Positions 43,429 through 53,141 of a stretch of DNA of 64,000 nt are shown here, piece by piece. The stretch is from positions 50,038 through 114,037 of IMG/VR virus record IMGVR_UViG_3300046467_002136; one strand, written 5' to 3'. The translations under genes were made by a program, and so were the position numbers. This DNA comes from a virus. The notes under the pieces are model-generated. The model was given only the letters and a program-made list of their open reading frames with translations, searched no databases and had not been told where the DNA came from. The number at the start of each line of letters is the position of its first letter. Within the stretch, counting starts at the first letter, position 1.

Positions 43429-44763
43429 ATGAGCGAGGACACCTCCCGTCTTTCCGAATTGCAAACCGCAATGCGGACAAAGATGGATACAAACAAGGAG
43501 ATCGCCGATTCTTTCGAAATCGAAGACGGCGTAGTCCAAGTCGATGCAGAACAGAAAACTGCTTTCGACAAAAACATGAAAGACATCAAAGAGATCAAAG
43601 GTCTCATTGATGGCATTCAGGAGATGGAAAAGACTCGCGAGTGGGGTTCACAGCCCACAACCGAGTCGGTAGCCGCAGAAGCTGCTGCCGAATGGGCGAG
43701 CACCCCTGAGATCAAAGAGGCCGTTCAGCAGTATCGCACTGTTGGCGCCGCCTTCCTTGACTCTGCGGAGTTCAAAGCCCTTGCCAATGGTGCTGCTGGC
43801 GCAAACATGCCTGCTCCGTTCACTGTCCCCGGAAGCCTTGCTTCTAAGGACATTTACGGTCAGAAAGATGTTTACACCGCTCTGCCGACCGGCACTCCTG
43901 GTTCTTTCGGAACCATTCAGCGTGACCCAATCGTCATGCCTCCACAGCGTACAAAGCGTGTTCGTGACTTGTTCCCGAGCCGCACAACCAACGCTGCTGT
44001 CATCGAGTACTTCCGGATGTCCGGCTTCACCAACAACGCTGCTGCAGTGTCTGAGCGCTCAGGTTCTCCTGAGGTCTTCACGGCCAAGCCGCAGTCGACG
44101 TTGGCGTTCGTCGGTGAGCAGGCCCCCGTGCGCACCCTTGCACACTGGGAAGCTGCTCACCGCAACGTGCTGGCAGACGAGCCGCAGCTCCGGTCGATCA
44201 TCGACAACGAGCTTCTTTACGGCCTTCGCCTTCAGGAAGATGCGCAGATCATCAGCGGTGACGGTACCGGTGAAAACCTCACTGGTATCACTGTCGCCAC
44301 TGGTATCCAGACCTACAGCTGGTCTGCAGGTGCATTCACTCCAGTACCCGACACCAAAGCGGACGCCATCCGGCGTGCGGCAACTCTGTCGTTCCTTGCA
44401 TACTACGAGCCCACGGGCGTCGTAATGCATCCGAACGACTGGGAAGACGTTGAGCTCACCAAAGATTCCAACGGCCAGTACTTGGTCGCGGTTTCTGTGG
44501 CGCTTGGCGGCGAGCCTCGCGTGTGGCGACTCCCTGTCATTGAGACTCCGGCAATGGCTGAAGGCACTTGTGTCGTCGGTGCATTCGGTACCGGTGCACA
44601 GCTCTATGACCGTGAGCAGGCCAGCATTCGGATCAGTGAACAGCATTCGGACTTCTTCATTCGTAACGCCATCGTGGTGCTTGCGGAGCAGAGGCTCGCT
44701 CTCGCTGTGAAGCGCCCTGAAGCGTTCGTGAAGGTTACCTTCAACAACGCTCCGACTTCCTAA
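43429..44763 (+). CDS. Major capsid protein (HK97 fold) with N-terminal delta domain
   Basis: Coiled-coil N-terminus and VRTLAHW...LADEPQLRSII...EDAQIISGDGTG, VMHPNDW...KDSNGQYL, LAEQRLALAVKRPEAF motifs. Strong GAGGAGG RBS. Confidence 0.96.
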   Translation: MSEDTSRLSELQTAMRTKMDTNKEIADSFEIEDGVVQVDAEQKTAFDKNMKDIKEIKGLIDGIQEMEKTREWGSQPTTESVAAEAAAEWASTPEIKEAVQQYRTVGAAFLDSAEFKALANGAAGANMPAPFTVPGSLASKDIYGQKDVYTALPTGTPGSFGTIQRDPIVMPPQRTKRVRDLFPSRTTNAAVIEYFRMSGFTNNAAAVSERSGSPEVFTAKPQSTLAFVGEQAPVRTLAHWEAAHRNVLADEPQLRSIIDNELLYGLRLQEDAQIISGDGTGENLTGITVATGIQTYSWSAGAFTPVPDTKADAIRRAATLSFLAYYEPTGVVMHPNDWEDVELTKDSNGQYLVAVSVALGGEPRVWRLPVIETPAMAEGTCVVGAFGTGAQLYDREQASIRISEQHSDFFIRNAIVVLAEQRLALAVKRPEAFVKVTFNNAPTS

Positions 44764-44823
44764 TCTGACTTAGGAAGATGCTCTGCTTAGCAAATAGCTA
44801 GGTGGCACAGAGAAAAGCACAAT

Positions 44824-44866
44824 AGAAAGCCCCCGGTCCACAAAGGGCCGGGGGTTTTCTACTTCT
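44824..44866 (+). terminator. Rho-independent terminator after capsid gene
   Basis: AGAAAGCCCCCGGTCC-ACAAA-GGGCCGGGGGTTTTCT hairpin followed by a T-rich tail. Confidence 0.85.
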
Positions 44867-44896
44867 ATTGGGGTTTACAAGTAGTAATATCTAGTC

Positions 44897-45067
44897 GTGG
44901 CCAAGAATGCAAACGCAGATAATGACTACTGGGAAGAATACCAACGTCTCGGCAAAGACTTTAGGGGTGATCCTGAGGACTTTGAAGACTTAGTTGTCGA
45001 AGAAGAGCATCCGCGAGCTATAAGAAAAAAGCGGGCCGAGAACACGAAGTTCACCCAGAATGATTAG
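44897..45067 (+). CDS. Small hypothetical protein (56 aa, probably leaderless)
   Basis: My translation starts MAKNANADNDYWEEYQRLG. TAATAT lies 6 nt before the GTG. Confidence 0.5.
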   Translation: MAKNANADNDYWEEYQRLGKDFRGDPEDFEDLVVEEEHPRAIRKKRAENTKFTQND

Positions 45068-45078
45068 GAGAAGTATTC

Positions 45079-45480
45079 ATGGAATGCCAATGTGATCCCA
45101 ATTGCGAATGCCGTATGGAATCTAAATACTTCTATGCGGCAAAGGTTGTACGAGTAGTCGATGGTGACACTATCGACGCCATGATCGATGTCGGTTTCGA
45201 CATTCATCACAAAGCTCGTCTTCGTCTTCTTGGGATAAATACCCCGGAGACTCGTACCAAGGATTTGATTGAAAAGGCTGCGGGTAAGGCTGCCACGGCT
45301 TACGCCATCGATTGGCTTGATGGTCTCGACACGATCTACATTCAAACTCACAAAGACAAGAGCGGCAAGTTCGGACGAATATTGGCCGACATCTATTCTG
45401 ATGAGAATAAGAGCGCCTGCTTGAATGAGGATCTGGTCGATGGGGGTCACGCCACGGTTTATCATGGCGGTAAGCGCTGA
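45079..45480 (+). CDS. Staphylococcal-nuclease (thermonuclease) family protein
   Basis: VVRVVDGDTID, RLRLLGINTPE and GKFGRILA motifs. Confidence 0.92.
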   Translation: MECQCDPNCECRMESKYFYAAKVVRVVDGDTIDAMIDVGFDIHHKARLRLLGINTPETRTKDLIEKAAGKAATAYAIDWLDGLDTIYIQTHKDKSGKFGRILADIYSDENKSACLNEDLVDGGHATVYHGGKR

Positions 45481-45545
45481 TCGTCATTTCAGAATCTTAA
45501 ACCCAAAGACGCCGCAAAGCAACTCCCCCGTGGTTCAATGTAGGT

Positions 45546-45971
45546 ATGACAACGGAGCATCGCAAATCTCCCCGACGCTCCATTGAGCGAATCGAACGAC
45601 TCGGTGGTTGGGGGAAAGTCAAATACCACCACCACTTAGAGTGTGGCCATATAGAGGTCCGCAACAGGGCGTCTACGGCACCCAAGATTGCCTGTGTTTG
45701 GTGTTTGAAGACAGCTGAGCGAGACTCCGAGTGGAGAAATCCGGGGGCCGCAGAAGAAAATTCCATCATAAGCGTTGACTACGACGCCATTCTAGGCCAA
45801 GATGAATTATTCATCGAGCGGACTCGTGCAGCACTCGCCAGAGAGCTCTCGGTTCCGTCCGATGCTATAGACATAGTCGCCGTGGACGCCGGGGGAAGCT
45901 TGGAAATCCAGTCTGCGTTGGTGTTTCTATCGGTTGACGACGTAAATCGGATTACTAGGCGGAAGAGATAG
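45546..45971 (+). CDS. Hypothetical protein with zinc-binding motif
   Basis: LECGH...CVWC motif; 141 aa. Confidence 0.55.
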   Translation: MTTEHRKSPRRSIERIERLGGWGKVKYHHHLECGHIEVRNRASTAPKIACVWCLKTAERDSEWRNPGAAEENSIISVDYDAILGQDELFIERTRAALARELSVPSDAIDIVAVDAGGSLEIQSALVFLSVDDVNRITRRKR

Positions 45972-45972
45972 C

Positions 45973-46353
45973 GTGACTACAGAAAAGCCACCTCCCATGC
46001 CACCCCTAACGGGAGCCTGTACTGGGAAACCTACAAACTGGTGGTTTCCTCTCCGAAAAAAAGAGACAGTGGGCGTCGAACTGGTGGAAGCCAAACGAAA
46101 CGCACTTGCAGCAAAGTCAATTTGTCGGTCGTGTCCTTCTAGCAGCGAGTGTTTGGAATATTCTCTTCATCACGAACCCCTAGGGATATGGGGTGGTCTA
46201 GATGAAACAGAACGTGCGATACTAAGACGCGCTAGAAATATTTACGCTGATCGTTCCGCTAGAGTATATTTACCGGGTGCCCGAAGTGGGCGTGGTGGAA
46301 CACGGTCTTCGAATCCAACAGGGTATAGCCCGGGCCGACCTAAGCAAAAATGA
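45973..46353 (+). CDS. whiB: WhiB-family transcription factor
   Basis: C...AKSICRSCP...CLEY...GIWGGLDETER motif. Confidence 0.9.
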   Translation: MTTEKPPPMPPLTGACTGKPTNWWFPLRKKETVGVELVEAKRNALAAKSICRSCPSSSECLEYSLHHEPLGIWGGLDETERAILRRARNIYADRSARVYLPGARSGRGGTRSSNPTGYSPGRPKQK

Positions 46354-48134
46354 AATATAATCACACCGCCGACTTTTTAGATCACCTGAATGGTGTTACT
46401 GCTTCCAGTAACGGATGGGAAGCCCGTTGTCCCTGTAGACAAGACGACAATAATCCATCGTTATCCATACATGAAAAAGATGATGGACAGATATTGGTTC
46501 ATTGTCACCGATCTGCAGGAGCGTGTGGCGCCCTAGAGATAGTTACGGCTGTCGGTTTAACTCTGGCAGACTTGCGTCCGGATAAGAAAAACACAACAAC
46601 AGATTTCGATCCACCTAAATACGCAAAATCGACACCTAAAACACTCACCTTCGTCAGCAAATATGAATACAAAGACGCTGATGGAGTGGTGTTATTTGAA
46701 AAAGTACGGTTCACGGAGCCCGATGGGAAAAAGACATTTCGCCAAAGACGACCTGACGGCTCAGGCGGGTGGACTTACAAACTGGGGAGCACACCGAAGG
46801 TTCTCTACAACTTGCCACTGGTCCTAGCTGCCAAGGAGACTGGTGCGTCTGTCTTTGTCGTAGAAGGCGAAAAGGACTGTGACACCCTCACTGAAATGGG
46901 TGCCTGTGCTACAACCATGCCGGGTGGCGCAGGAAAGTGGCTCGACATACATACTGAGGCTCTTGCTGGAGCAACGGTAGACATTATTATTGACAATGAC
47001 GAGATAGGCAGAAAGCACGCTCTCCATGTTTACGGGGAGCTTAAAAAGGTCGAATGTGATGTCGAAATCTTCAAATGTCCAAAAGCGAAGGACATCACTG
47101 ACCATGTTGAAGCGGGGGGCTCAACAACTGAACTCATAAAAGTTGAGCCGGACACGCTTAAGTCTGAATTCGAGGGTCAGGAAACCCAACTTCAAGAAGA
47201 AGAACTTCCCGAAGAAGAGCTTCCACCTCCGACAAAAGAAGAGTTGGCACTTGAACAAATACGTCAACTGCTTGACGATCCGAATAAAACACCAACACAA
47301 ATACTTAATAAGGCACAACAGTTAGCCCAAACCCGTGATGAAACAACTCTCAGAGATGAGGGTCGTTTGGTCATCTGGGATGAGTTTCTCCAAGAAACCG
47401 TTAACGATGATTATGACTGGCTCATTCCTGGCCTTCTAGAACGTAGAGAACGGGTAATGGTCGTGGCCGCAGAAGGCGTCGGCAAAACCATGCTCGCACG
47501 ACAAGTCGCCATTTGTGCCGGTCTAGGCGTTAATCCATTTACCTTCCAAAAGATGCCTCAAATTCGAACACTGACAGTTGACTTAGAAAATCCTGAACGA
47601 ATTATTCGACGTACCTCCAGAAATATCGTTGGTGCGGCCAAGTCGATGGGCTTCGCTGACAAAATGCAGGCACATTTATTCATTAAACCAGATGGGCTTG
47701 ATTTGTTAAATACCCATGATCGAATTCTGTTAGAGCAACACATAGAGGAAACCAAACCAGACATATTGGTGATGGGACCGCTCTATAAGGCTTTCCTAGA
47801 TCCAGGAACTCGCACTTCTGAAGCCGTAGCCGTTGAGGTCGCTCGATACCTGGACACTATTCGCACCATCTACGGGTGCGCCCTTTGGTTGGAGCACCAC
47901 GCTCCCTTGGGAAGCTCGATGAGTAGTAGGGAATTGCGTCCTTTCGGATCAGCCGTTTGGTCTCGTTGGCCCGAATTCGGGCTTGCTTTACAACCAGATC
48001 CTACTCATATGGGAGAATATGTATATACAGTTAATCATTTCAGGGGTGCACGCGACATAAGATATTGGCCGTTGCAAATGAAGCGCGGGAAAAAGTTTCC
48101 CTTCGAAGTAACAGAGTTTATGGATGTAAGTTAA
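46350..48134 (+). CDS. Primase-helicase (Zn finger, TOPRIM and RecA/AAA_25-type helicase)
   Basis: CPC..D.NPSL, VVEGEKD, DND, Walker A AEGVGKT, DLEN and LEHH motifs. Confidence 0.9.
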   Translation: MKYNHTADFLDHLNGVTASSNGWEARCPCRQDDNNPSLSIHEKDDGQILVHCHRSAGACGALEIVTAVGLTLADLRPDKKNTTTDFDPPKYAKSTPKTLTFVSKYEYKDADGVVLFEKVRFTEPDGKKTFRQRRPDGSGGWTYKLGSTPKVLYNLPLVLAAKETGASVFVVEGEKDCDTLTEMGACATTMPGGAGKWLDIHTEALAGATVDIIIDNDEIGRKHALHVYGELKKVECDVEIFKCPKAKDITDHVEAGGSTTELIKVEPDTLKSEFEGQETQLQEEELPEEELPPPTKEELALEQIRQLLDDPNKTPTQILNKAQQLAQTRDETTLRDEGRLVIWDEFLQETVNDDYDWLIPGLLERRERVMVVAAEGVGKTMLARQVAICAGLGVNPFTFQKMPQIRTLTVDLENPERIIRRTSRNIVGAAKSMGFADKMQAHLFIKPDGLDLLNTHDRILLEQHIEETKPDILVMGPLYKAFLDPGTRTSEAVAVEVARYLDTIRTIYGCALWLEHHAPLGSSMSSRELRPFGSAVWSRWPEFGLALQPDPTHMGEYVYTVNHFRGARDIRYWPLQMKRGKKFPFEVTEFMDVS

Positions 48135-48136
48135 CT

Positions 48137-48814
48137 ATGGCAGAAAATGCAACCAGCAAAGCCCTAACTAGAGAGTTTCTAGCAGAGCGCGACCTACGCA
48201 TGTTCAAAATGCGGCAAGGGGGCGTTCCGGTCAACGAAATAGGTCGTCGCTTTGGGGTCTCCACTTCTGTAGTTTCAAAATCCATCGGTCGACAACTAGA
48301 ACGCCTCAACCGTGAAGCCCTCATGGCTTATCCGGAAGTTCTACGAATGGAATTGGAACGTCTAGATTCGTTACAAGCTGCCATTTGGCCCATGACCCAA
48401 CATCGCAGGGTTTCCCTAGACGATGGCACGGAAATCCAAGTGGAGCCAGACATGAAAGCAATTCAGCAAGTGCTGTCCATCATGGATCGACGCTCAAAGC
48501 TTTTAGGTATGGAAAGTAATAATATCTCTATTCAAATGGATATGCCCACCAGCCTTTCTGATCCCATTCGGGTATCTATGATTGGCGATGAAGCTTCACC
48601 ACTATCTCAGTTTTCCCCTGAGGAAGAAGCCAAAGAATTGTTGCAATTGATGGCCAAAAGCGGTGTTTTGCCACAAGAAGAAGTAGACAAAATGTTGGGT
48701 TCCAAGGTATTAGATGTTCCCGAAGAAGACATCTCAGACTCCACTGATGACGGCATCGTCGATGCTGAGATTATCGAACTTCCCCTACCGGCGCAGCCAG
48801 AGGACGTAGACTGA
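48137..48814 (+). CDS. HTH protein, putative terminase small subunit
   Basis: N-terminal HTH (EIGRRFGVS) and ELERLD...W...D.KAI..VL.IMDRRSKLLG, a pattern typical of TerS-like genes. Confidence 0.55.
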   Translation: MAENATSKALTREFLAERDLRMFKMRQGGVPVNEIGRRFGVSTSVVSKSIGRQLERLNREALMAYPEVLRMELERLDSLQAAIWPMTQHRRVSLDDGTEIQVEPDMKAIQQVLSIMDRRSKLLGMESNNISIQMDMPTSLSDPIRVSMIGDEASPLSQFSPEEEAKELLQLMAKSGVLPQEEVDKMLGSKVLDVPEEDISDSTDDGIVDAEIIELPLPAQPEDVD

Positions 48815-48819
48815 TATAC

Positions 48820-49404
48820 ATGAGCGACTCAACGAATATACCGCTGTCTCACTACCTCCCCACCGACGCCCCAGACAATGACGAGGAATCGGAAAAGACA
48901 GAAGTTGTTGAGACCGACGAACTCCAAGATTTTCTCGACGAGATGGAAGAGATCGAGGCCGCTTTGAAATCAGAACCAGAACCAGAACCAGCAGTTGACT
49001 ATATCGACCCGCTTCAGGCTGCTGCTACTTTATCCCAAAAAATCCATGATGACAGTGAAGCTGTTCTTAAACAAGACAACGTCGAAGCAGCTATGGACAA
49101 ACTGGCGGAAACCTTAGATCCCAAGATTTCTACAAAGATCAGCGATGACGATGGTCCGGCAGATAAGCAGATTCTTATTCGCTCCACACAAAAAGATCAT
49201 GAGCGGTGGAAAGTCGCAGCCGAGCGTGAAGGCAAGTCGTTGTCTGGATTTATTCGCGACATCGTCAATTTGTCAGTTACAGAAATTTTAGATTGTTCTC
49301 ATCCCGAAGAATACCGACAGCGGTATCCCTGGAAAGAGACCTGCCTAAAATGTGATACCACGCTGTGGCAAAAGGTCGAAACCCATCTTGAGAATCGACG
49401 GTGA
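48820..49404 (+). CDS. Acidic protein with ribbon-helix-helix-like domain
   Basis: QILIRS...HERWKVAAEREGKSLSGFIRD motif. Confidence 0.6.
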   Translation: MSDSTNIPLSHYLPTDAPDNDEESEKTEVVETDELQDFLDEMEEIEAALKSEPEPEPAVDYIDPLQAAATLSQKIHDDSEAVLKQDNVEAAMDKLAETLDPKISTKISDDDGPADKQILIRSTQKDHERWKVAAEREGKSLSGFIRDIVNLSVTEILDCSHPEEYRQRYPWKETCLKCDTTLWQKVETHLENRR

Positions 49405-49550
49405 TTGAGCTCCGTCCTGCGGAGAAATACGCATTCTGTCTTGAATGCGATCGGTTCAAGAGGCTTACTAAGCGTTGCAAAGAATGTGGTTGCTTTATGC
49501 CGTTAAAGGTTCGTGTTCCGGGTCTTCATTGTCCTATCGATAAATGGTGA
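49401..49550 (+). CDS. Small Cys-rich protein
   Basis: My translation contains CLECDRF...CKECGCFMPLKVR...CPIDKW. GTGA overlap with the upstream gene. Confidence 0.65.
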   Translation: MIELRPAEKYAFCLECDRFKRLTKRCKECGCFMPLKVRVPGLHCPIDKW

Positions 49551-49553
49551 TCT

Positions 49554-50312
49554 ATGCGGTCCAAATTGAATCTCGGCTGTGGCTATGACCATCGGCCCAT
49601 TGGTTGGATAAACGCCGATGTTGATGAGCGGATCTTTCCTGACCTAACAGTGGGGGGATATCAGCAACTTGATGACTCTGGTACTGAAGAAATGCTTCTT
49701 ATCAGAGGAAACGACGCTCCTGATTTTTACGGCTCATACCTACCTATAGGCCAAGGCGAACTCAAGCAAGTAATGGCGTGTCACATATTTGAGCATGTCG
49801 ATAAAGCAAATGTTGTTTCTTTACTTAGGGAGATTCGACGAGTGCTTGCTCCGGGTGGTCAGCTCTTAATTGTTTGTCCTGACATAGATACCATTATTCG
49901 GCATTTCGTGACATTGGATGGTAGCCGGTTGGGTGGAAACGCCAAATTCTCCGACAATCCTTCACCTTGGGGTTCCACTCCAGATGAGAGATGGACAGGA
50001 GACACCGCAGTGGAACTACTTATGGAGGCAGTTCTCGAAGACGATCCCGATGATCGGAGACTTCCGACTTCTGAGCATCAGTGGAACACCTATGGAAGTC
50101 GTTTATCAGATATAACGAGAAAAGTTTTCCCTGATACTGTTCTTTTGGGTGTAGCTGGTCCACCCCAAAAGATTGTTGAACAGAGTTTCGATGCGAACAC
50201 AACGAACTTCGGCAAGTGTCGTGTCACTTGGGTCGATCCGGATAGTGGATACGAGTGGCCCACTGCCGGTTGGCACAATTTCTCGTGTGCCGTGTTAGCC
50301 ACGGCCTCCTAA
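49554..50312 (+). CDS. SAM-dependent methyltransferase-like protein
   Basis: LNLGCG...GWINAD, HIFEH and EIRRVLAPGG.L.I..PD motifs. Confidence 0.8.
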   Translation: MRSKLNLGCGYDHRPIGWINADVDERIFPDLTVGGYQQLDDSGTEEMLLIRGNDAPDFYGSYLPIGQGELKQVMACHIFEHVDKANVVSLLREIRRVLAPGGQLLIVCPDIDTIIRHFVTLDGSRLGGNAKFSDNPSPWGSTPDERWTGDTAVELLMEAVLEDDPDDRRLPTSEHQWNTYGSRLSDITRKVFPDTVLLGVAGPPQKIVEQSFDANTTNFGKCRVTWVDPDSGYEWPTAGWHNFSCAVLATAS

Positions 50313-50328
50313 ATGGTAACTTTGATAC

Positions 50329-50547
50329 ATGGCTCACAAATACTCTTGTGAATGGTTATACCACTTCACCTGTTCAGACTGTAAAAACTGGTGGTCGTGG
50401 TCTTTGAGCCAGCCCGGACTTCAATATGTCCAAAAAAGCTGGCATTGCCCACATTGTGGGAAAGTCAACACGATACAAGATACGGCGATTCGAGACCATT
50501 CGCAGTCACCATTTGGTTCTGGGCCGGAAACACCTGACGAAAACTAA
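50329..50547 (+). CDS. Small zinc-ribbon protein
   Basis: CSDC...WHCPHCG motif. Confidence 0.65.
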   Translation: MAHKYSCEWLYHFTCSDCKNWWSWSLSQPGLQYVQKSWHCPHCGKVNTIQDTAIRDHSQSPFGSGPETPDEN

Positions 50548-50826
50548 TCAGCCAATCTCGATGTAAATGCACTCGCCAGGGCACTCGTCTGCTGATTCGA
50601 CGACGGCGTCTAAATGCTCCTCAGGGACTCCGGCCAAACCCGTAGCCATCTGGTAGGCAGGATCACCCTTACCGCCATCTGGTCCGGCAATTGATTTCCA
50701 TGTCACTTCCTTGACGTAAGCCAACCCGTCGTCGTGCATCTCAAAGATGTCAGGGCAAATCTCGGCACAGAGGCCGTCGCCGGTACAAAGGTCCTGGTCG
50801 ATCCAGACCTTTATTTGATCGGACAC
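50548..50826 (-). CDS. fdx: Ferredoxin (actinobacterial single-cluster type)
   Basis: KVWIDQDLCTGDGLCAEICPDIF...ECPGECI motif. Confidence 0.9.
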   Translation of the reverse strand: MSDQIKVWIDQDLCTGDGLCAEICPDIFEMHDDGLAYVKEVTWKSIAGPDGGKGDPAYQMATGLAGVPEEHLDAVVESADECPGECIYIEIG

Positions 50827-52736
50827 GCCCCACCGTTGCACTCGTCGAGATCAAGCTCGTGGTTTCCATTTTCGTGAGTCAGCTCAACAGAAAAGTCGAT
50901 CTTTCCATACGCCTTGTCGTACTCTTCTTCGGTGATTTCCTCGTAAGGCGGTAGAGGGAAGTTGTGATCGCTGTGCAGCAGGAAAGAAACTGACTTGATG
51001 GACTTGGTGTAATTAGCTTTCAGCCATGCCTGAATTTCCTTGAGTTCCCCCTTCTGATAATAGACCGTTACCGACACGCAATTGTCGGCCCAGTCGGTTT
51101 GCATCCGCTTGACCCATTCCAACTGATCCACGGCGGTCATGTCAGCGGCCAAAATGGCACCTTCGGGTGACATGCAGGGGAATTCAACGACATAGGAGGT
51201 GTGGTCCTCGCGCCCATCCAACCCAACGTCATACTGGACCTTGTAACCGCGTTGACGACATGTGTCTACGAGAGGATCTGTCGAACGGAACCGGACTCGC
51301 CTGATGTAGAACTTGGCGTATGAAGGGTGTATGCCTGGTGTAACCCCTGGGAGTAGAGACAGCGTCCCTGAGGGTTGAATCGTCGTCAGTCTGACTGACC
51401 GGGGGAGTCCCATTTTCTCCGATTCCTTCTTATCCAACTCGTCTAGAAATTCGTAGATCATCGGCAGCCATTTCAACTGCTTTTCGGAACATTGCAGCAC
51501 GCCGGTAATCGACTGTCCCAGTCTGGCGTTTTTTCGAACCACATTCGTAGTCTTTTCGAATGGGTAGTCCAACTGCGTAACCATCTTCTGGGTTTTGTAC
51601 AGAAGTTGGGAAATCTCTAGTGCTTCCTTCAGCGAATCAATGTTCGGGAGAAAAATCGTCGCAAGATTGCAGCTTTCCCCATCCCCAAGCGCTATCTCGG
51701 CGCAGGGGTTAAACCCTTCAACGCTATTGTCTGCCTTACTCTCTCCGAGTCTGCCAACCTTGCGAGCCAGCTTACGATTGACGAGTCCATACGGTTCTCC
51801 ACTTCCGTCGTACCCTTTCCAAAGCTCGGGCATGACTTCATCAAACGAATCGGCATAGATCGAGTTATTGCTACTTGACCGCCAAGCTGGAACATTGCCT
51901 GTTCCCCAGTTTTTGGCACGCAAGAAAAGCATGTCGTCAGGGTCGCCAATCGCGATCTGCGCCGATCGACGAGATGATCCCGAAACAACAATTCTTCCAA
52001 TGATGTTACATATATCTAAAACATCTACGCTCCGGACCTTTTTGCCTACCCGGTTATCTAGAACGCCACAGATGTCCTTCAACCCGTCGATCAGAGCCCC
52101 CGGACCAGAAGCGGTACCACCGAAAGTCTTGAGCTTGGCTCCGAACTCGCGAACCAGAATCGTCGAGTAGGAGAAAGATTTGCCGGTCTCGAAATATGAC
52201 TTGAGGACGGCGTGCAGCATCCGAGACCATCCGTGCCGTGAGTCGGGCACGATGATGTCGGCATCGTTGGTGCGTTCATGAGTGATCTCAACCCCGGCCT
52301 TGACCTTGGGCAAGTCGTGAATCTTGGCCCTTTCAACGGAATAACCAACACCACCACCCAGCATGAGCATGTCAAACAAGAACTCAAAATCCTCGATGGT
52401 CTCGATGTTCGTGTAATAACAGTTATTCAAACTCGCGCCGTTGAGTGTTCGAACTAGCGGGGTGCCCAATTGCCAGAGAGCCCGCCCTGAAAATGAACAC
52501 TTCAGGTTAAACATCAAATCGAAAAGACGCTCTGCTTCGCGTTTTGTGTAATGAACACCGATTTCGTCGGCACCATTAATAACCCGTTGGATGGTTTCCG
52601 GCCAGGTCTCAACTGTGCCGTCCCCTTTCGAACGGCTGTAGGTTCGGAGGAACACGATTTCGCCCATGCCGCCAAACCCCCACGGGGGTGTCTTGGATGC
52701 ATAGTTGTCCACGAATTCTTGGCTTAGCAGGGTCAT
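50811..52736 (-). CDS. nrdJ: Class II (B12-dependent, monomeric type) ribonucleotide reductase
   Basis: RTYSR, GRALW..G, NNC, LMLGGGVG, RRSA, NPCAEI and TTIQPSGT motifs, with a C-terminal ECNGGACPIK. Confidence 0.93.
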   Translation of the reverse strand: MTLLSQEFVDNYASKTPPWGFGGMGEIVFLRTYSRSKGDGTVETWPETIQRVINGADEIGVHYTKREAERLFDLMFNLKCSFSGRALWQLGTPLVRTLNGASLNNCYYTNIETIEDFEFLFDMLMLGGGVGYSVERAKIHDLPKVKAGVEITHERTNDADIIVPDSRHGWSRMLHAVLKSYFETGKSFSYSTILVREFGAKLKTFGGTASGPGALIDGLKDICGVLDNRVGKKVRSVDVLDICNIIGRIVVSGSSRRSAQIAIGDPDDMLFLRAKNWGTGNVPAWRSSSNNSIYADSFDEVMPELWKGYDGSGEPYGLVNRKLARKVGRLGESKADNSVEGFNPCAEIALGDGESCNLATIFLPNIDSLKEALEISQLLYKTQKMVTQLDYPFEKTTNVVRKNARLGQSITGVLQCSEKQLKWLPMIYEFLDELDKKESEKMGLPRSVRLTTIQPSGTLSLLPGVTPGIHPSYAKFYIRRVRFRSTDPLVDTCRQRGYKVQYDVGLDGREDHTSYVVEFPCMSPEGAILAADMTAVDQLEWVKRMQTDWADNCVSVTVYYQKGELKEIQAWLKANYTKSIKSVSFLLHSDHNFPLPPYEEITEEEYDKAYGKIDFSVELTHENGNHELDLDECNGGACPIK

Positions 52737-52806
52737 AATTAGTTCTCTCGGGCTTCTAAACTTATTCAGCCTTCTGATTGTAGCGAATCAGAAATTGCGG
52801 AAACTG

Positions 52807-53088
52807 TCAAATCAATCCTAAGTTTCTAGCCTCATCTATAGGGATGAGTTTCCCCTTAGCATATTTTAAAACTGTAATAGTTATGCCACCCGCCAGCTGA
52901 CGTTCTTCAGTTATATCTTCTTCAACTAGATGTGTTTGTCCATCCCCATATCCAGAAATATGATTTGGAGAAGAATCAACACCCTCTGGTTTGCAGTTAC
53001 CTGACGGGTCGCCGCAAACAGGACAGGCCATAGGGGCAGCACGGAGTACCTCAATGTTGTACTCGCCTACGCGTATCGATTCCGACAT
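52807..53088 (-). CDS. Hypothetical protein
   Basis: CPVCGDP.GNC motif; 93 aa. Confidence 0.55.
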   Translation of the reverse strand: MSESIRVGEYNIEVLRAAPMACPVCGDPSGNCKPEGVDSSPNHISGYGDGQTHLVEEDITEERQLAGGITITVLKYAKGKLIPIDEARNLGLI

Positions 53089-53141
53089 GCGTTGCTCATA
53101 AGCGCTGTCCGGGGGGTATCCAACCATCCCCCAACATTACA

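Noticed and set aside
43742-44710. Long overlapping ORFs inside the capsid gene
   Set aside because: They are a by-product of strong codon bias and have no recognisable motifs.
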